From a virus, in IMG/VR virus record IMGVR_UViG_3300044569_000072, positions 1 to 41,855 of that record: DNA of 41,855 nt; one strand, given 5' to 3'. The notes beneath the pieces were generated by a model, which had not been told where the DNA came from, ran no database searches, and worked only from the letters and a program-made list of their open reading frames with translations. Positions 41,269-41,855 of this stretch are shown piece by piece (position 1 is the stretch's first letter; every line of letters starts with the position of its first letter). The position numbers and the translations under genes are program-made.

Positions 41269-41855
41269 TACTTCTTCCAGATGATGGTTCCCTTGTTGTC
41301 CAGATAGCGTGTGTAGGCGATGCCGTTCGGCGTTATCTCCAGCCGGTACTCGTCGGTGTCGCTGACGAAGAACCTGACCATCAGGAAGTCGCCCGACACA
41401 GCGTCGAGATACGCCTTGGGGAGCCTCGCGGGCGGGAGGACGCGGGATACGGAATCCCGGAGCGTCTGCACCTCCGCGCTCGAGGCCGCGCCCAGCGCCG
41501 CCCTCGCCGCCGTCGCGTCGCCCGAGCCGGTGCCGCCGCGCGCGACCGCGAGCGTGCCTGAGGCGACGTCGGAGGCGGAGTGCTTGTGCCCCGCCGCCGA
41601 GAACGCAGCCCTCAGCTTCGACCACAGGTAGCTCAGGCCCGTGAGGCTGAGCACCTGCTCGCCCACGGGCTGCTGGTCTAGCGCCACGGCGTCCACCTGG
41701 TCGGTGGTGACGGGGTCGATGCTCGCCATGGTGGAGCCGACCTTCTCCCACTCAGAGTCGATGAGCATCCACTCGGTGTAGAGGTCGTCTCCGACTCCGT
41801 TGCTGGTGGGCACGAAGTAGAGCTTGCCGACCTGGCCCTCCACGGTGGGCTCGCC
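41268..41855 (-). CDS. Tail fibre, 3' part of the gene, including the currently expressed C-terminal cassette A
   Basis: In frame with 1-598 across the junction, giving 359 aa in total. ...HKHSASDVASGTLAVARGGTGSGDATAARAALGA... is a common fibre motif. The sequence continues ...LRDSVSR and then cassette A: VLPPARLPKAYLDAVSGDFLMVRFFVSDTDEYRLEITPNGIAYTRYLDNKGTIIWKK*. Confidence 0.85.
   Translation of the reverse strand, partial: GEPTVEGQVGKLYFVPTSNGVGDDLYTEWMLIDSEWEKVGSTMASIDPVTTDQVDAVALDQQPVGEQVLSLTGLSYLWSKLRAAFSAAGHKHSASDVASGTLAVARGGTGSGDATAARAALGAASSAEVQTLRDSVSRVLPPARLPKAYLDAVSGDFLMVRFFVSDTDEYRLEITPNGIAYTRYLDNKGTIIWKK
41441..41460 (-). other. Shufflon recombination site S1 (inside the expressed fibre gene)
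   Basis: The minus strand reads CCGGGATTCCGTATCCCGCG. The core is at 41444-41455. This copy shows the dyad GGGAT-TCCGT-ATCCC. Confidence 0.8.
41750..41855. repeat. Terminal direct repeat copy 2
   Basis: Identical to 1-106. Confidence 0.95.

Noticed and set aside
1-41855. Diversity-generating retroelement, retron or CRISPR-Cas as the source of tail-fibre variation or defence
   Set aside because: No reverse-transcriptase-like ORF, template/variable repeat pair or cas gene was seen. The variation mechanism supported by the sequence is site-specific inversion.

Overview
The window looks like a complete temperate siphovirus-type phage genome from a high-GC Gram-positive host (Actinomycetota-like composition; the host is inference only). 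The first 106 nt are identical to the last 106 nt. This repeat lies in frame inside a tail-fibre gene, so the sequence closes into a circle of about 41,749 bp. It is an assembly overlap of a circular or circularly permuted genome, not a physical terminus.

Gene order on the minus strand, from high to low coordinates:
- Cro-like HTH, then the early and replication genes: Xis-like HTH, Sak4-like ATPase, DUF669 SSB-like protein, ERCC4-like nuclease and a primase-helicase, followed by an iteron origin.
- A DNA-modification cluster: C5-methyltransferase, PAPS-reductase-like protein and a DPPH methyltransferase.
- An ArpU/RinA-like late activator and terS.
- A 3.4 kb island that splits terS from terL.
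- terL, portal, scaffold, capsid, head-tail joining genes, major tail protein, chaperones, tape measure, Dit and a tail protein carrying an S74 chaperone domain.
- The tail fibre, which wraps around the window junction, and a lysis cassette (XhlA-like protein, holin, amidase).

The plus strand carries the CI-like repressor, a zinc-ribbon gene and the integrase.

The most interesting structure is a four-cassette tail-fibre shufflon at 37964-41460. Four copies of a 12-bp core, ATTCCGTATCCC, are present. One lies inside the expressed fibre gene, two precede silent start-less C-terminal cassettes, and one is inverted and sits directly after a small tyrosine recombinase gene. All four are in the same reading frame. 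An intact IS256-family element with a 7-bp target duplication sits inside the invertible segment.

Other observations worth a second look:
- A 22-bp repeat array after terS that resembles the IS terminal repeat.
- An orphan HTH plus small serine recombinase pair where terS would normally abut terL.
- Four tandem pairs of a small protein and an overlapping micro-peptide; two of the peptides share a conserved C-terminus that differs mainly by synonymous changes.
- A low-GC gene flanked by perfect 18-bp direct repeats.
- A periodic-Cys ORF with an in-frame TGA at the position where a Cys is expected.
- A decayed tRNA-Arg(CCT)-like relic.
- A low-GC receptor-binding module grafted onto a high-GC tail gene.

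No CRISPR array, reverse transcriptase or rRNA was seen. All protein family calls come from reading motifs by eye; no database search was run.
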